A DNA stretch of 64,000 bases from an uncultured Pseudohongiella sp. (GTDB taxonomy: Bacteria > Pseudomonadota > Gammaproteobacteria > Pseudomonadales > Pseudohongiellaceae): assembly GCA_964438455.1 (NCBI GenBank), contig CAYTLI010000001.1, forward strand, positions 1,392 through 65,391, given 5' to 3'. Position 1 is the stretch's first letter; every line of letters begins with the position of its first letter. The position numbers and the translations under genes are program-made. The notes under the pieces are model-generated. The model was not told the origin of the DNA. It ran no database searches and saw only the letters and a list, made by a program, of their open reading frames with translations. Shown here one piece after another: positions 23,917 to 33,709 of the stretch.

Positions 23917-25989
23917 ATGACCAATCCGTCTTTCACAGCCTCTTCCAGATATCGATCAATACTTCTTGCCACCGGCGCCATGGCACTGCTCATGGGCTGC
24001 GATAGCGGCTCAGATACTGCCTCCACCCAGCCAGCATCTGATCCGGAAGCGGTGATGGTTGCGGAATCAGGTGATGCCAGAGAATGGAGCGTCGCTGGAC
24101 GGGGTGCGCAGAACGGCGAATGGCAAGCCTACGGCGCCGATATCGGTAGCACCAAATACACAGGGCTGGACCAGATCGATGCCAGCAACGTTAACGATCT
24201 GGAAATCGTCTGGCGGCGCCCTGCAGTCGATCAGTACTACCTGGACATGAATCCACAGCAGCGCTATTCCACCAGCTGGAATGGCGCGCCGATTGTTCAT
24301 GATGGCATTGCCTTTGTGACCAATGGTATTGGCCTGGTGGAAGCATTTGATCCGGGAACAGGCGAAACTATCTGGACACAGCAGCCACCAGGCGGGGCAG
24401 AAGGATTGCCCGGCGCACCCACTCGTGGCGCGGCTTACTGGTCAGACGGCGATGATGCCCGACTGTTTGTGCAGCGCGGCACTTATCTCTATGCCCTGAA
24501 TCCACAGACCGGCGAGACCTATGCCGACTTCGGCGTCGACGGCAGAGTCGATCTGCAACTCTTTCCTGCTGATTTCGAACGTTTCCGCTGGGGCGGAGTG
24601 CCGATGGTGGTCAGGGACGTTGTCGTCATCGGCCAGGCCATGACCGATACCTTCTCCAATAAAGAAGCACCCCGCGGCGATGTGCATGCCTTCGATGTGC
24701 GCACTGGTGAATTACGCTGGACCTTCAACACCATTCCCCAGGAAGGACAGTTCGGCACAGATACCTGGCAGGACAGGTCCTGGTCATACACTGGCCACTC
24801 TCCGGTCTGGGCACTGTTCAGCGCCGATGAAGAACTGGGCATGGTCTATCTTCCAATCTCTTCTTCCACCAACGACATGTATGGTGGTCATCGCCTGGGA
24901 GACAACCTGTTCAGCCAGAGCCTGGTTGCCGTGGACGCGGAGACTGGCGAGCGAATCTGGCACTATCAGACCGTCCATCATGGGCTTTGGGACTATGACC
25001 CACCCGCCGCACCGATACTGATGGATATCAATGTCGAAGGCCGCGAGATCAAGGCGATTGCCCAGATCACCAAGCAGGCCTTTGTGTTTGTCTTCGATCG
25101 GGAAACTGGTGAACCTGTCTGGGACATTGAAGAGCGACCGGTGCCGCAATCGGATGTGCCTGGTGAAGTCACATCGCCCACGCAACCCTTCCCAACCAAA
25201 CCAGCACCCTTCGATCGCCAGGGCGCTACAGAAGAAAACCTGATCGACTTCACTCCGGAGTTGCGTGCCGAAGCACTGGAGATATTCAACAACTATGTCA
25301 CTGGCCCGTTATTCACACCACCTTCAATTCGTATGGAAAGTGGGACACAAGGCACTATTCAATTGCCGGGTTCCCAGGGTGGCGGTGACGTGCAGGGCGC
25401 TGCTTTTGATCCCGAAACCGGCTACCTCTATATTCCATCCATTACCTCACCATTCGTCGCCGACCTGTTGCCTGGCGATCCGGAGGTGACCAATCTTGCC
25501 TACACCAAGGGCTCGCGCAGATGGATTGCCGGACCTCAGGGTCTGCCCCTGTTCAAACCACCTTACGGCCGGGTAACCGCGATCGATATGAATACCGGCG
25601 AACACGTGTGGATGGTGCCCAACGGCTATGGCCCGATCGACAATCCGGCTATCGCGCACCTGAATCTGGAGAAGCTTGGCGTACCCGGAAGACCGACACC
25701 TCTGCTGACCAGCACCCTGTTGTTCCTCGGCGAGGGACTAACCAACCAGCGCCCCGGTGGTCGCATTCCACCGGATATGCCCATTGAGATCGCTACCAAC
25801 AGCGGTGGCCCCCATTTCCGTGCCTACAACAAGCAAACCGGGGAAGATCTCTGGGAAATCAGGCTGGAAGCAGGAACGACAAACGCACCAATCAGCTATA
25901 TGCATGAAGGACGGCAATATGTTGTGGTCGCCATCGGCGATCGCGAACACAGCCCCGAGCTGCTGGCTTTCGCACTACCAGAAAATTAG
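23917..25989 (+). CDS. PQQ-dependent dehydrogenase (quinoprotein beta-propeller), lipoprotein
   Basis: 690 aa with lipobox ...ALLMG-C. ...WQAYGADIGSTKYTGLDQIDASNVNDLEIVW... is the classic quinoprotein N-terminal signature. Repeated ...DA.TGE..W... propeller blades follow. Confidence 0.8.
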   Translation: MTNPSFTASSRYRSILLATGAMALLMGCDSGSDTASTQPASDPEAVMVAESGDAREWSVAGRGAQNGEWQAYGADIGSTKYTGLDQIDASNVNDLEIVWRRPAVDQYYLDMNPQQRYSTSWNGAPIVHDGIAFVTNGIGLVEAFDPGTGETIWTQQPPGGAEGLPGAPTRGAAYWSDGDDARLFVQRGTYLYALNPQTGETYADFGVDGRVDLQLFPADFERFRWGGVPMVVRDVVVIGQAMTDTFSNKEAPRGDVHAFDVRTGELRWTFNTIPQEGQFGTDTWQDRSWSYTGHSPVWALFSADEELGMVYLPISSSTNDMYGGHRLGDNLFSQSLVAVDAETGERIWHYQTVHHGLWDYDPPAAPILMDINVEGREIKAIAQITKQAFVFVFDRETGEPVWDIEERPVPQSDVPGEVTSPTQPFPTKPAPFDRQGATEENLIDFTPELRAEALEIFNNYVTGPLFTPPSIRMESGTQGTIQLPGSQGGGDVQGAAFDPETGYLYIPSITSPFVADLLPGDPEVTNLAYTKGSRRWIAGPQGLPLFKPPYGRVTAIDMNTGEHVWMVPNGYGPIDNPAIAHLNLEKLGVPGRPTPLLTSTLLFLGEGLTNQRPGGRIPPDMPIEIATNSGGPHFRAYNKQTGEDLWEIRLEAGTTNAPISYMHEGRQYVVVAIGDREHSPELLAFALPEN

Positions 25990-26036
25990 CAGGGCGAGAG
26001 CATCACCAGGCAATTGCCACCCGGAGAACTGAAGCC

Positions 26037-26552
26037 ATGAAGAAGATCATCCTGCTATTTTCCATGCTGGTGGTTGCACCACTGCATGGTCAATCACCTG
26101 CACCTGCAAACTTGCCTTTCGCGACCGACGTGACCGTTGAAGAAGTCACCAGGTTTATCGATGCATTACCAAAAGACCGGGTGAGTGATCGTCCAATCAA
26201 GACAGTTGAAGTCACCGGTGACTATCGGATCGGTGTCTACGGCGTATTTCGACCCAAAGAATTTCCTGGTGGTTCAAACCTGCACCAGGTGAATACCACC
26301 GAGATCTATTACATGCTTAGCGGCTATGCCACCCTGGTAACAGGTGGCACCATGACTGAGGCCCGGCAGGAGAATGCAACCTGGGTGCGTGGTACTGCCA
26401 TTGAGGGTGGTGTGTCGAGAAGAGTTGTGCCCGGCGATATCATCATCATTCCAGGCCATACGCCACACTGGTTCAGCGAACTGGAAACCGATTTGAGCTA
26501 TCTTATCTTTCGTCCGGACCCGGACAACCGCATCCCTCTAACAGATAACTAA
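26037..26552 (+). CDS. Exported cupin-domain protein
   Basis: 171 aa with signal peptide MKKIILLFSMLVVAPLHG/Q. The cupin region reads ...HQVNTTEIYYMLSG...GDIIIIPGHTPHWF. Confidence 0.6.
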   Translation: MKKIILLFSMLVVAPLHGQSPAPANLPFATDVTVEEVTRFIDALPKDRVSDRPIKTVEVTGDYRIGVYGVFRPKEFPGGSNLHQVNTTEIYYMLSGYATLVTGGTMTEARQENATWVRGTAIEGGVSRRVVPGDIIIIPGHTPHWFSELETDLSYLIFRPDPDNRIPLTDN

Positions 26553-26566
26553 AGAGATAGCGGGTA

Positions 26567-27127
26567 TTACTTTACGCAGTCGTAAACGAATGCCGGTGGC
26601 ATATTGCGTAAAGCGAAACCCAGCTTCACATCACTAAAAAGCGGTTTGACGTCGCTGTAGTTAGCGAGGCTGTATTGGTATTGCAGGAAGCGCCCACCGG
26701 CCTTCAGATTGCTGCCGATGCTGTTCAGTATTGCTTGCACAACAACATCATCGATTAATGCCAGCGGCAGACTCGATACGACATAATCTAGCTCAGCAAC
26801 ACCAACTTCACTCAGGATTTCCCTGATCGATGATGCACAAGCATTAAACACATGGAGACGGGGGTCGCCGACGAGGCGCAGATTTTCTGCAAACTCATTG
26901 TTGAGTTCCAGACAAATCAGATCACAATCAGGCCGCATTCTCTCGAGCAGGGTGCGAGTAACACAACCATTTCCCGGGCCGAGTTCGACGATGCATTTGG
27001 CAGTATCGAAATCGATTGGTGCCAGGAGACGCTTGATCAGAACATTGGAACTTGGGGCTATCGTACCTGTCGTTTTGATATTGCGAATCAGCTTCAGGGA
27101 GTCGCTGAACCTCATCCGTGCTGTCAT
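26567..27127 (-). CDS. Class I SAM-dependent methyltransferase (phospholipid N-methyltransferase-like, COG3963 from memory)
   Basis: The ORF track gives 26567-27139. ATG 27127 (MTARMRF...) forms an ATGA overlap with the upstream stop. Motif I reads ...IVELGPGNGCVT.... Confidence 0.65.
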   Translation of the reverse strand: MTARMRFSDSLKLIRNIKTTGTIAPSSNVLIKRLLAPIDFDTAKCIVELGPGNGCVTRTLLERMRPDCDLICLELNNEFAENLRLVGDPRLHVFNACASSIREILSEVGVAELDYVVSSLPLALIDDVVVQAILNSIGSNLKAGGRFLQYQYSLANYSDVKPLFSDVKLGFALRNMPPAFVYDCVK

Positions 27128-27699
27128 ATCCTTAACCACTCACCTATTTCCGCGCCAACAAAAACGTAGATTGTTACCAGCGGAATTTCTCCTGCGATAA
27201 CTGCCGCTACCATTTTCCTGAACTGCAATTTCACAATGCCCGACACATAACAGATCACATCTGTGGGCACGAGAGGAAAAAATGACCAGCCGGCTATAAT
27301 CCAGAACCAGTGTCTGCCGTGGAGTTTTTCCTCCAGCAGCTTGATCTTGTCCGGGTATTTCCGCTCCAGAAACTCATCGTAGCTGCCAAAAGCCGGGAAA
27401 CTGTATACCAGGTAGGCGCCTGCCACAATACCGGCGTAGGAAATAAGCATGACCAGCCAGGGCCACTCAGGGAAAGTAATGCCGCCTGCGAGCACGAAAG
27501 GCGTGCAGGGCATCATCAACAGGGCTCGCGTCAGCGAGAGCAGGATATAGACCAGCAACGCCATGGCGCCCAGGCCATTGAGGAAATCGGAGATTGAATC
27601 CCTGGTGATGGCATCCGGGAACATGAACAGCAGCACCAGGCAGGTGCCAACAATGAGCAGCCAGAAGGTATTGATGTGTTGGATCAGGAACGCGCGCAC
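27124..27699 (-). CDS. VTT-domain (TVP38/TMEM64, DedA-related) membrane protein
   Basis: 191 aa with a GTG start and 5-6 helices. ...FSYDEFLERKYP...GRHWFWIIAGWSFFPLVPTDVICYVSG... is typical of the family. Confidence 0.65.
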   Translation of the reverse strand: MRAFLIQHINTFWLLIVGTCLVLLFMFPDAITRDSISDFLNGLGAMALLVYILLSLTRALLMMPCTPFVLAGGITFPEWPWLVMLISYAGIVAGAYLVYSFPAFGSYDEFLERKYPDKIKLLEEKLHGRHWFWIIAGWSFFPLVPTDVICYVSGIVKLQFRKMVAAVIAGEIPLVTIYVFVGAEIGEWLRI

Positions 27700-27721
27700 T
27701 ATGTTGCTCTTTTAACGCTTG

Positions 27722-28108
27722 TCATTGAGTCTTGTGTGCGAGCTTGTGTGCGTTCTTTTCCCAGTTCTGGCCGTCGAACTCCACTACCACGGCGTTCTTC
27801 AACTCCTGGTCAAGGCAATTGACATTAACATCGACGCCGTCGGGATTAGACCTAGGAATATAGAAAGGCTTGATGCCACAGGTCTTGCAGAAATAGTGCT
27901 GGGCTACACCACTGTTGAAAGTATAGGTGTTAAGCGCATCCTTTCCCTTAAGCAATTTGAATCGATCGCCTGGCAGGATCAGGTGCAGATACCCCGATTT
28001 GGCACAGATGGAACAATTGCAGCGCTCAATCTCGACAGGTTCTTCTACATCAACCTCGAAACGCACTGCACCACAGTGGCAACCACCCTCATACTTCATC
28101 GGCTTCAC
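27722..28108 (-). CDS. GFA-family (glutathione-dependent formaldehyde-activating/CENP-V-like) zinc protein
   Basis: 128 aa with ...GGCHCGAVRFEV..., ...CNCSIC... and ...FCKTCG... cysteine motifs. Confidence 0.75.
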   Translation of the reverse strand: MKPMKYEGGCHCGAVRFEVDVEEPVEIERCNCSICAKSGYLHLILPGDRFKLLKGKDALNTYTFNSGVAQHYFCKTCGIKPFYIPRSNPDGVDVNVNCLDQELKNAVVVEFDGQNWEKNAHKLAHKTQ

Positions 28109-28164
28109 TCATTGTTGAACTGTTCAAATGGAATACCAGACAGATTCTAGAAGCCGGAAACGAA

Positions 28165-28190
28165 GAAGGCTAGCACAAGTGCTAGCCTTC
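28165..28190 (-). terminator. Palindromic hairpin between two minus-strand genes
   Basis: The sequence reads GAAGGCTAGCAC-AA-GTGCTAGCCTTC, with perfect 12-nt arms. On the minus strand it is followed by TTCGTTTCC. Confidence 0.45.
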
Positions 28191-28218
28191 CAGGATTTGT
28201 TAAGTGATGATAGAGACG

Positions 28219-28542
28219 TTACTCGTCTTTCGGGCCTCCGCCAGGCTTATCGTCCTCGCGTTCACAATCATAGGCTTCACTCAATTCGAGGCCAGCATCA
28301 AATACTGCGTCTTCGACGGCGTCTTCTAAGTCAGATCCTCGAGGTGGGGGTGTTACTATGCAGTCTCCATGCTTTAGATGGCCTTTTAATGCACTGGGAG
28401 TTACAAAGAGAATAAAGTTTTCTGACACCGGCATGTGGCTGATTTCCACATCAGATTCACCATCTTTCTTGCCGTTAGCCAGGGCAGTTCCCGAACCCAG
28501 CACCAAACCTAGAGCAACCAAGCTAATCACTGATTTTTTCAT
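28219..28542 (-). CDS. Small exported acidic protein
   Basis: 107 aa with signal peptide MKKSVISLVALGLVLGSGTALA/NG. Confidence 0.5.
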   Translation of the reverse strand: MKKSVISLVALGLVLGSGTALANGKKDGESDVEISHMPVSENFILFVTPSALKGHLKHGDCIVTPPPRGSDLEDAVEDAVFDAGLELSEAYDCEREDDKPGGGPKDE

Positions 28543-28790
28543 GAGTTTTCCCAGTTAGTCATCAGAGAGCACACGCTGCGCTCTCACCAAGATTATGTAG
28601 GAATTATATACCCCCTCTATAGGTATTTTTAGTCGGATTTGTAAACCTGGATCACATTTTCGGCATTTCATGTGCCAGATCAATCTCTTCAATTCGGGGG
28701 GTATTTAACCCGAGTTTCCACCTCCGCCAAGCTGTAGCCCAGCGTTTCCGCTAATTCCATGCCTACTGTTGTTGGGATACACTGCGCCTC

Positions 28791-30305
28791 ATGTTACAGC
28801 ACCGTTTCATCGCCCGGGCGCGCAAGCATCCAGACAAGATTGCCATCAAAGACAAGGCAACCGGGCGGGATGTTTCCTATTCCCAGGCCCTCATCGCCTC
28901 GCTGATCCTGGCACGCCGGTTCCGCAAGCTGGAACGGGGCCGCATCGGCATCATGTTGCCCACGGGCTCCGGTGGCGCACTGGCGGTAAGCGCCGCCCTG
29001 ATGGCTGGCCTGACACCGGTGATGATCAACTATTCAACTGGAGCGGCGAAAAACTGTCGCTATGCCCAGCAGCAGTGTGATTTTCATACCATTGTCACGG
29101 CACGTGCCCTGTTGGAGAAGGTCGGCTGCGAAGAGCTGCCGGAGATGGTGTTTATCGAGGATATTCTCACCAGCCTCGGTGGCATGGAAAAGCTCATCGC
29201 CTTTATCAAGTCCAAAATGCCCATGGCGCTGCTTCGTCGCATCACCGGTGGCGATGACCTGGACAAGGCTGCTGTCATCCTCTTTACCAGCGGGTCTGAA
29301 AAAGAGCCCAAGGTCGTCCAGCTAACCCAGCGCAACCTCCTGTCCAACATAGACTCCTTCTCAGAGATGATGGATATCTATGACATGGATAACCTGCTAG
29401 CGGTATTACCCTATTTTCATGTCTTCGGCCTAACAATTAATCTTTGGACTCCCCTGTGCCTTGGCATGACAGCCATTGCCTATGCCAATCCTCTCGACTT
29501 CAAGATCATCGCCAAAATGATCAAGGAAGAAAAACCGCAGCTGTTGGTTGGCACGCCCTTCTTTCTTGAAGGCTATGCCAGGCAGTCACAGCCTGGAGAT
29601 TTTGCCAGTGTCGAGCTGGCGGTATCCGGCGCTGACAAGTGTCCGGAAAGCCTGCGCGAGCTGTATCGGGAGAAACACGGTATCGATATCTTCGAGGGCT
29701 ATGGCACCACGGAAACTTCTCCGGTTATCTCCGTCAATCCTCGCGACAACAACAAGCCTGGCTCAATCGGCATCGCGATTCCTGGTACAGAGATTCGAAT
29801 CGAGAATATCGATACCGGGGCGCCCTGCGAGCATGGAGAAACCGGCAAGATCATGGTGAAGGGCGACGGTGTCATGCAGGGTTATCTGAACGATGTCGAG
29901 GAATCCCACCTGCGCCTGAAATCGGGCTGGTACGATACCGGCGACCTGGGTTACCTGGATGAAGACGGTTTCCTGTGGCACAAGGGAAGACTCAAACGCT
30001 TCGTCAAGATTGGCGGCGAAATGATCTCCCTGGTGATGGTGGAAGAAACCCTGAACAACGTCACGCCGGAAGAAGTGGAATGTTGTGCGGTCGAACTGCC
30101 GGATGCAAAGAGAGGTTCTCGCATCATCGGTGTCACCAACAAGCAAATAGATGCCCAGGAAGTAAACAAGAAGCTCGCCGACGAACTCCCCAACCTGGCC
30201 CTGCCAAAAAAATATGTGGTGGTGGAAGAATTTCCCTACATGGGCAGCGGCAAGACAGATTTTCGTACCCTGACGAACATCGTCAGGGAGCAGGAAGAAG
30301 AATAG
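28791..30305 (+). CDS. AMP-binding enzyme (acyl-CoA/acyl-ACP synthetase; resembles the synthetase half of Aas)
   Basis: 504 aa. The AMP motif ...ILFTSGSEKEPKVV... is present, followed by ...YGTTE... and ...GWYDTGDLGYLDEDGFL...R.KRFVKIGGEMIS.... Confidence 0.75.
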   Translation: MLQHRFIARARKHPDKIAIKDKATGRDVSYSQALIASLILARRFRKLERGRIGIMLPTGSGGALAVSAALMAGLTPVMINYSTGAAKNCRYAQQQCDFHTIVTARALLEKVGCEELPEMVFIEDILTSLGGMEKLIAFIKSKMPMALLRRITGGDDLDKAAVILFTSGSEKEPKVVQLTQRNLLSNIDSFSEMMDIYDMDNLLAVLPYFHVFGLTINLWTPLCLGMTAIAYANPLDFKIIAKMIKEEKPQLLVGTPFFLEGYARQSQPGDFASVELAVSGADKCPESLRELYREKHGIDIFEGYGTTETSPVISVNPRDNNKPGSIGIAIPGTEIRIENIDTGAPCEHGETGKIMVKGDGVMQGYLNDVEESHLRLKSGWYDTGDLGYLDEDGFLWHKGRLKRFVKIGGEMISLVMVEETLNNVTPEEVECCAVELPDAKRGSRIIGVTNKQIDAQEVNKKLADELPNLALPKKYVVVEEFPYMGSGKTDFRTLTNIVREQEEE

Positions 30306-30345
30306 GAAACAATCTCGCTTCTGGCCTCCGGACTGGAAACCAAGC

Positions 30346-31305
30346 TCAGGTGTAGAGGTGGCAGGCAACCTGTCGATTAAGGTCTTTGAGTGGAATCAGC
30401 TCCGGCGTCGTGCTGCGGCAAACATCCATGACCTTCGGACATCGATTGGCAAAGCGACAACCGGCGGGTACGTTCACTGGCGAAGGGATCTCTCCCTTGA
30501 TTGCTGTAGAAGGTCGGCTTCGTTCCACATTTGGATCCGGCTCCGGGTTGGAACCTACCAGCACTTCTGTATAGGGATGCTTGGGATTGAAATACACTTC
30601 ATCGGCATCGCCCAATTCCACCAGCGACCCCAGGTACATCACGGCCATGCGATCGCTCACGTAACGCACCATGGAGAGGTCGTGGGCGATAAACAGCAGG
30701 GTCAGCCCCATCTTGTCTTTTAACTCACCAAGCAGATTAATCACCTGCGCCTGTACAGAAACATCCAGTGCCGAGATAGGCTCGTCACACACCACGAATT
30801 CTGGCTCAAGGATAAGGGCACGAGCGATGCCAATGCGCTGTCTCTGTCCGCCGGAGAACTCATGGGGGTAGCGGGACATATGATCGGCATTGAGCCCGAC
30901 GCGCTGCAGCCAGGAGGCTACCCTGTCCTTAACTTCAGTTGCCGGTAAGTCTGCGTGCAGGCGCAATCCTTCACCGATGATCTCTCCTACAGTCATGCGT
31001 GGATTAAGAGAGGAATATGGATCCTGAAATATCATCTGCATGGACACCGCGAGACGTTGAAAGTCAGCGGGTGAGTACTTCTGTGGCAGCGTCTCTCCCT
31101 TGAAGATGACTTCGCCCGAAGTCTTGGGATACAGCCCCAACACCGTCTTGCCGAAGGTAGACTTGCCGGAACCACTCTCGCCTACGAGGCCGACGATTTC
31201 CTTCTCAGCAATCTCAAGCGACACATCATCCACTGCATGCACGCGCTGGTTTCGGCCGATGTCGAAAAACCGGGTCAGTGAATTGGTTTTAACCAGGGCC
31301 GACAC
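30346..31305 (-). CDS. Peptide/nickel-type ABC transporter ATPase (OppF/DppF-like)
   Basis: 319 aa with a GTG start. Walker A is GESGSGKST and the signature is FSGGQRQR. It has the C-terminal oligopeptide-ATPase extension. Confidence 0.8.
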   Translation of the reverse strand: MSALVKTNSLTRFFDIGRNQRVHAVDDVSLEIAEKEIVGLVGESGSGKSTFGKTVLGLYPKTSGEVIFKGETLPQKYSPADFQRLAVSMQMIFQDPYSSLNPRMTVGEIIGEGLRLHADLPATEVKDRVASWLQRVGLNADHMSRYPHEFSGGQRQRIGIARALILEPEFVVCDEPISALDVSVQAQVINLLGELKDKMGLTLLFIAHDLSMVRYVSDRMAVMYLGSLVELGDADEVYFNPKHPYTEVLVGSNPEPDPNVERSRPSTAIKGEIPSPVNVPAGCRFANRCPKVMDVCRSTTPELIPLKDLNRQVACHLYT

Positions 31306-31307
31306 TG

Positions 31308-32348
31308 CTAGCTGTCTCCAAAATAAATGTCATCGGGCTTGTTGCTGGCATCAGCATGATGCAACCAGCAGCGGGAGAAGTGATGATCGCTCAACAGAAA
31401 ATCATCCGGGTGCTGTCGATCACAGATCGCCATGGCATGAGGACAGCGTGGACAGTAACCACAACCAATGGGAGGCGAAAACAGATCCGGCGGGCTGCCT
31501 TCGATGGGTTTTAGCTCATGCTGCAGACTCGGATCATTGGTCGGCATGGCTTCCTTTAGTCCTACCGTGTACGGGTGAGCCGAACGGTAGAACACATCGT
31601 CCACCGTGCCATGCTCAACGACTTTTCCCGCATACATGACCACAACTTCATCTGCCATGCGCGCCACTACCCCGAGATCATGAGTGATGAGAATGATCGC
31701 CATGCCGGTTTCTTTCTGCAGATCCTGCATCAGATCGAGAATCTGGGCCTGAATCGTCACATCCAGCGCAGTGGTCGGCTCATCAGCGATCAGGATCGAA
31801 GGTTTGCAGGAGATGGCCATGGCAATCATCGCGCGCTGCAACATGCCACCGGAGAATTCGAATGGGTATTGACGAGCGCGCTTGGCAGCTTCAGGAATCT
31901 TGCTCATCTCCAGTAATCTGACCGCTTCGGTAAAAGCATCGCGTTTTGAATAGCCGCGATGAATCTGCAGCGGTTCTGCAATCTGGTCGCCGATAGTCAT
32001 AGTAGGATTGAGTGAAGTCATCGGATCCTGGAAGATCATGCCGATCTCCGCACCACGGATCTCTTTGCCATTAATCGTGTTCCGGCCCAATACCTCATGA
32101 CCGCGCAGACGCGCCGAACCAGCGGTTATTCGTCCGGGAGGCATGGGAATCAATCCCATCATGCTCTGCACGGTGACTGATTTACCGCAGCCGGATTCAC
32201 CGACGATGGCCAGGGTTTTGCCGTGCTCGACGATAAAGTCCACACCACGTACGGCTTTGACCACGCCACCGTAAGTGTCGAACTCTACTGTCAGGTTCTC
32301 CACCTCCAGCAAGGCAGGATCAGATTGCACGGCTACTGCTTCGCTCAT
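31308..32348 (-). CDS. Peptide/nickel-type ABC transporter ATPase (OppD/DppD-like)
   Basis: 346 aa. Walker A is GESGCGKSV and the signature is FSGGMLQR. The C-terminal region is Cys-rich (...[14 protein letters not shown]...). Confidence 0.8.
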   Translation of the reverse strand: MSEAVAVQSDPALLEVENLTVEFDTYGGVVKAVRGVDFIVEHGKTLAIVGESGCGKSVTVQSMMGLIPMPPGRITAGSARLRGHEVLGRNTINGKEIRGAEIGMIFQDPMTSLNPTMTIGDQIAEPLQIHRGYSKRDAFTEAVRLLEMSKIPEAAKRARQYPFEFSGGMLQRAMIAMAISCKPSILIADEPTTALDVTIQAQILDLMQDLQKETGMAIILITHDLGVVARMADEVVVMYAGKVVEHGTVDDVFYRSAHPYTVGLKEAMPTNDPSLQHELKPIEGSPPDLFSPPIGCGYCPRCPHAMAICDRQHPDDFLLSDHHFSRCWLHHADASNKPDDIYFGDS

Positions 32349-33709
32349 TCCTGATTCCTCATGCGTGCATCCAATGCATCACGCAGTCCATCACCAAGCA
32401 GATTGAAGGCCAGCACGGTAAGGCTGATAAACAAGGCGGGGAAGATCAGCTCATGGGGTGTGGTGAGCATGGTCTTGATGCCTTCGTTGGACATAGATCC
32501 CCATGATGGCGTCGGTGGCGCAACCCCCATACCGATAAAGGACAGAAAGGCCTCGGTGAAGATTGCACTGGGAATAGCAAAGGTCAGGGTCACCAGCACC
32601 ACACCCAGGGTATTGGGAATCATGTGACGAAATACCAGGTAGGGCGTCTTGGCACCGAGCAGGCGTGAGGCATCGATGTAGCCCTGCTCGCGAATCTGCA
32701 GAATCTGGCCTCGCACCAGGCGCGCGGTAGCCGGCCACAGCAGAACCACCATGGCAACCAGCATCGGGAATACACCGCTCTCGCCGGGACCAATGCCGAA
32801 GGCGATCTTGAATACGATCATGAATAACAGGAATGGCAGAGCGACAACAAAATCGGCAACCCGCATCATCAACTGATCGACGCGGCCACCGACGAAGCCT
32901 GCAATAGAACCATAGGTGACGCCAAAAATGACAAACAGCAGCGGCGCACCGATACCAATGAATAGAGACACGCGAGCGCCAGCCATGAGGCGTGCCAGCA
33001 TATCGCGGCCCAGATAGTCAGTTCCCAAAGGGTGCCATTCCAGCTCAATCTGATCGCCAATCTGCAAGTCGGCGCCTTCTGCGACCAGTCCTCTGTCTAC
33101 TGCTTCAGCAACAGTCGTTACCCTTTCGATCTCTACTTCGAGAGACTCATACTCGGGCAGAATTTCACCACGGGGACCCAGCGCGACAACCGAATAGAAA
33201 TATGCACCCGGCTTCAGGTCCAGACGATCTTCAAAATAGAGTGTGTCGTTGTTCAGAATTTCAGCGAGTGGTATGCCATAAGCCAGTTCCGGTCCGACGG
33301 GAAACAGGTTGCGATACACCCGGTGGCCGTACGCTCCCGGCAACACATCCCATTGCAGACGCACTGCCTGCGTGGTTGCCTGTTCTGCTAGCCGCAGGCC
33401 TTCCCCAGCCCCGGATGAGCCGCCAAACCAGGGCTGGTAAGGCGCAACTACAGTCGCATTGCGATCGGTACCGGGTGGGAGACTGATCTGATCCAGGTCC
33501 TGTCGGGCCGGATCGACGGTCCACAAAACGGGACCTATCAGCGTAAAAAACAGCAAGCCGATGACAATATAGAGGGAAGCGAGTGCCCTTCTGTTTGCCT
33601 TCAAACGAATCCAGGCATCCTGCCAGTAAGACAGCGAAGGCCGCGAGATGGAATGAACTTCATGCCCTTCCGTCAACGGTGAGAAGTCTGTCGAAGTCAG
33701 CTCAGTCAT
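32345..33709 (-). CDS. ABC transporter permease (OppC/DppC-like) with a large periplasmic insertion
   Basis: 454 aa. TM1 lies at about residues 42-63. The conserved ...HPLGTDYLGRDMLARL... appears only at about residues 226-241. A typical EAA-loop core follows. Confidence 0.8.
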   Translation of the reverse strand: MTELTSTDFSPLTEGHEVHSISRPSLSYWQDAWIRLKANRRALASLYIVIGLLFFTLIGPVLWTVDPARQDLDQISLPPGTDRNATVVAPYQPWFGGSSGAGEGLRLAEQATTQAVRLQWDVLPGAYGHRVYRNLFPVGPELAYGIPLAEILNNDTLYFEDRLDLKPGAYFYSVVALGPRGEILPEYESLEVEIERVTTVAEAVDRGLVAEGADLQIGDQIELEWHPLGTDYLGRDMLARLMAGARVSLFIGIGAPLLFVIFGVTYGSIAGFVGGRVDQLMMRVADFVVALPFLLFMIVFKIAFGIGPGESGVFPMLVAMVVLLWPATARLVRGQILQIREQGYIDASRLLGAKTPYLVFRHMIPNTLGVVLVTLTFAIPSAIFTEAFLSFIGMGVAPPTPSWGSMSNEGIKTMLTTPHELIFPALFISLTVLAFNLLGDGLRDALDARMRNQE

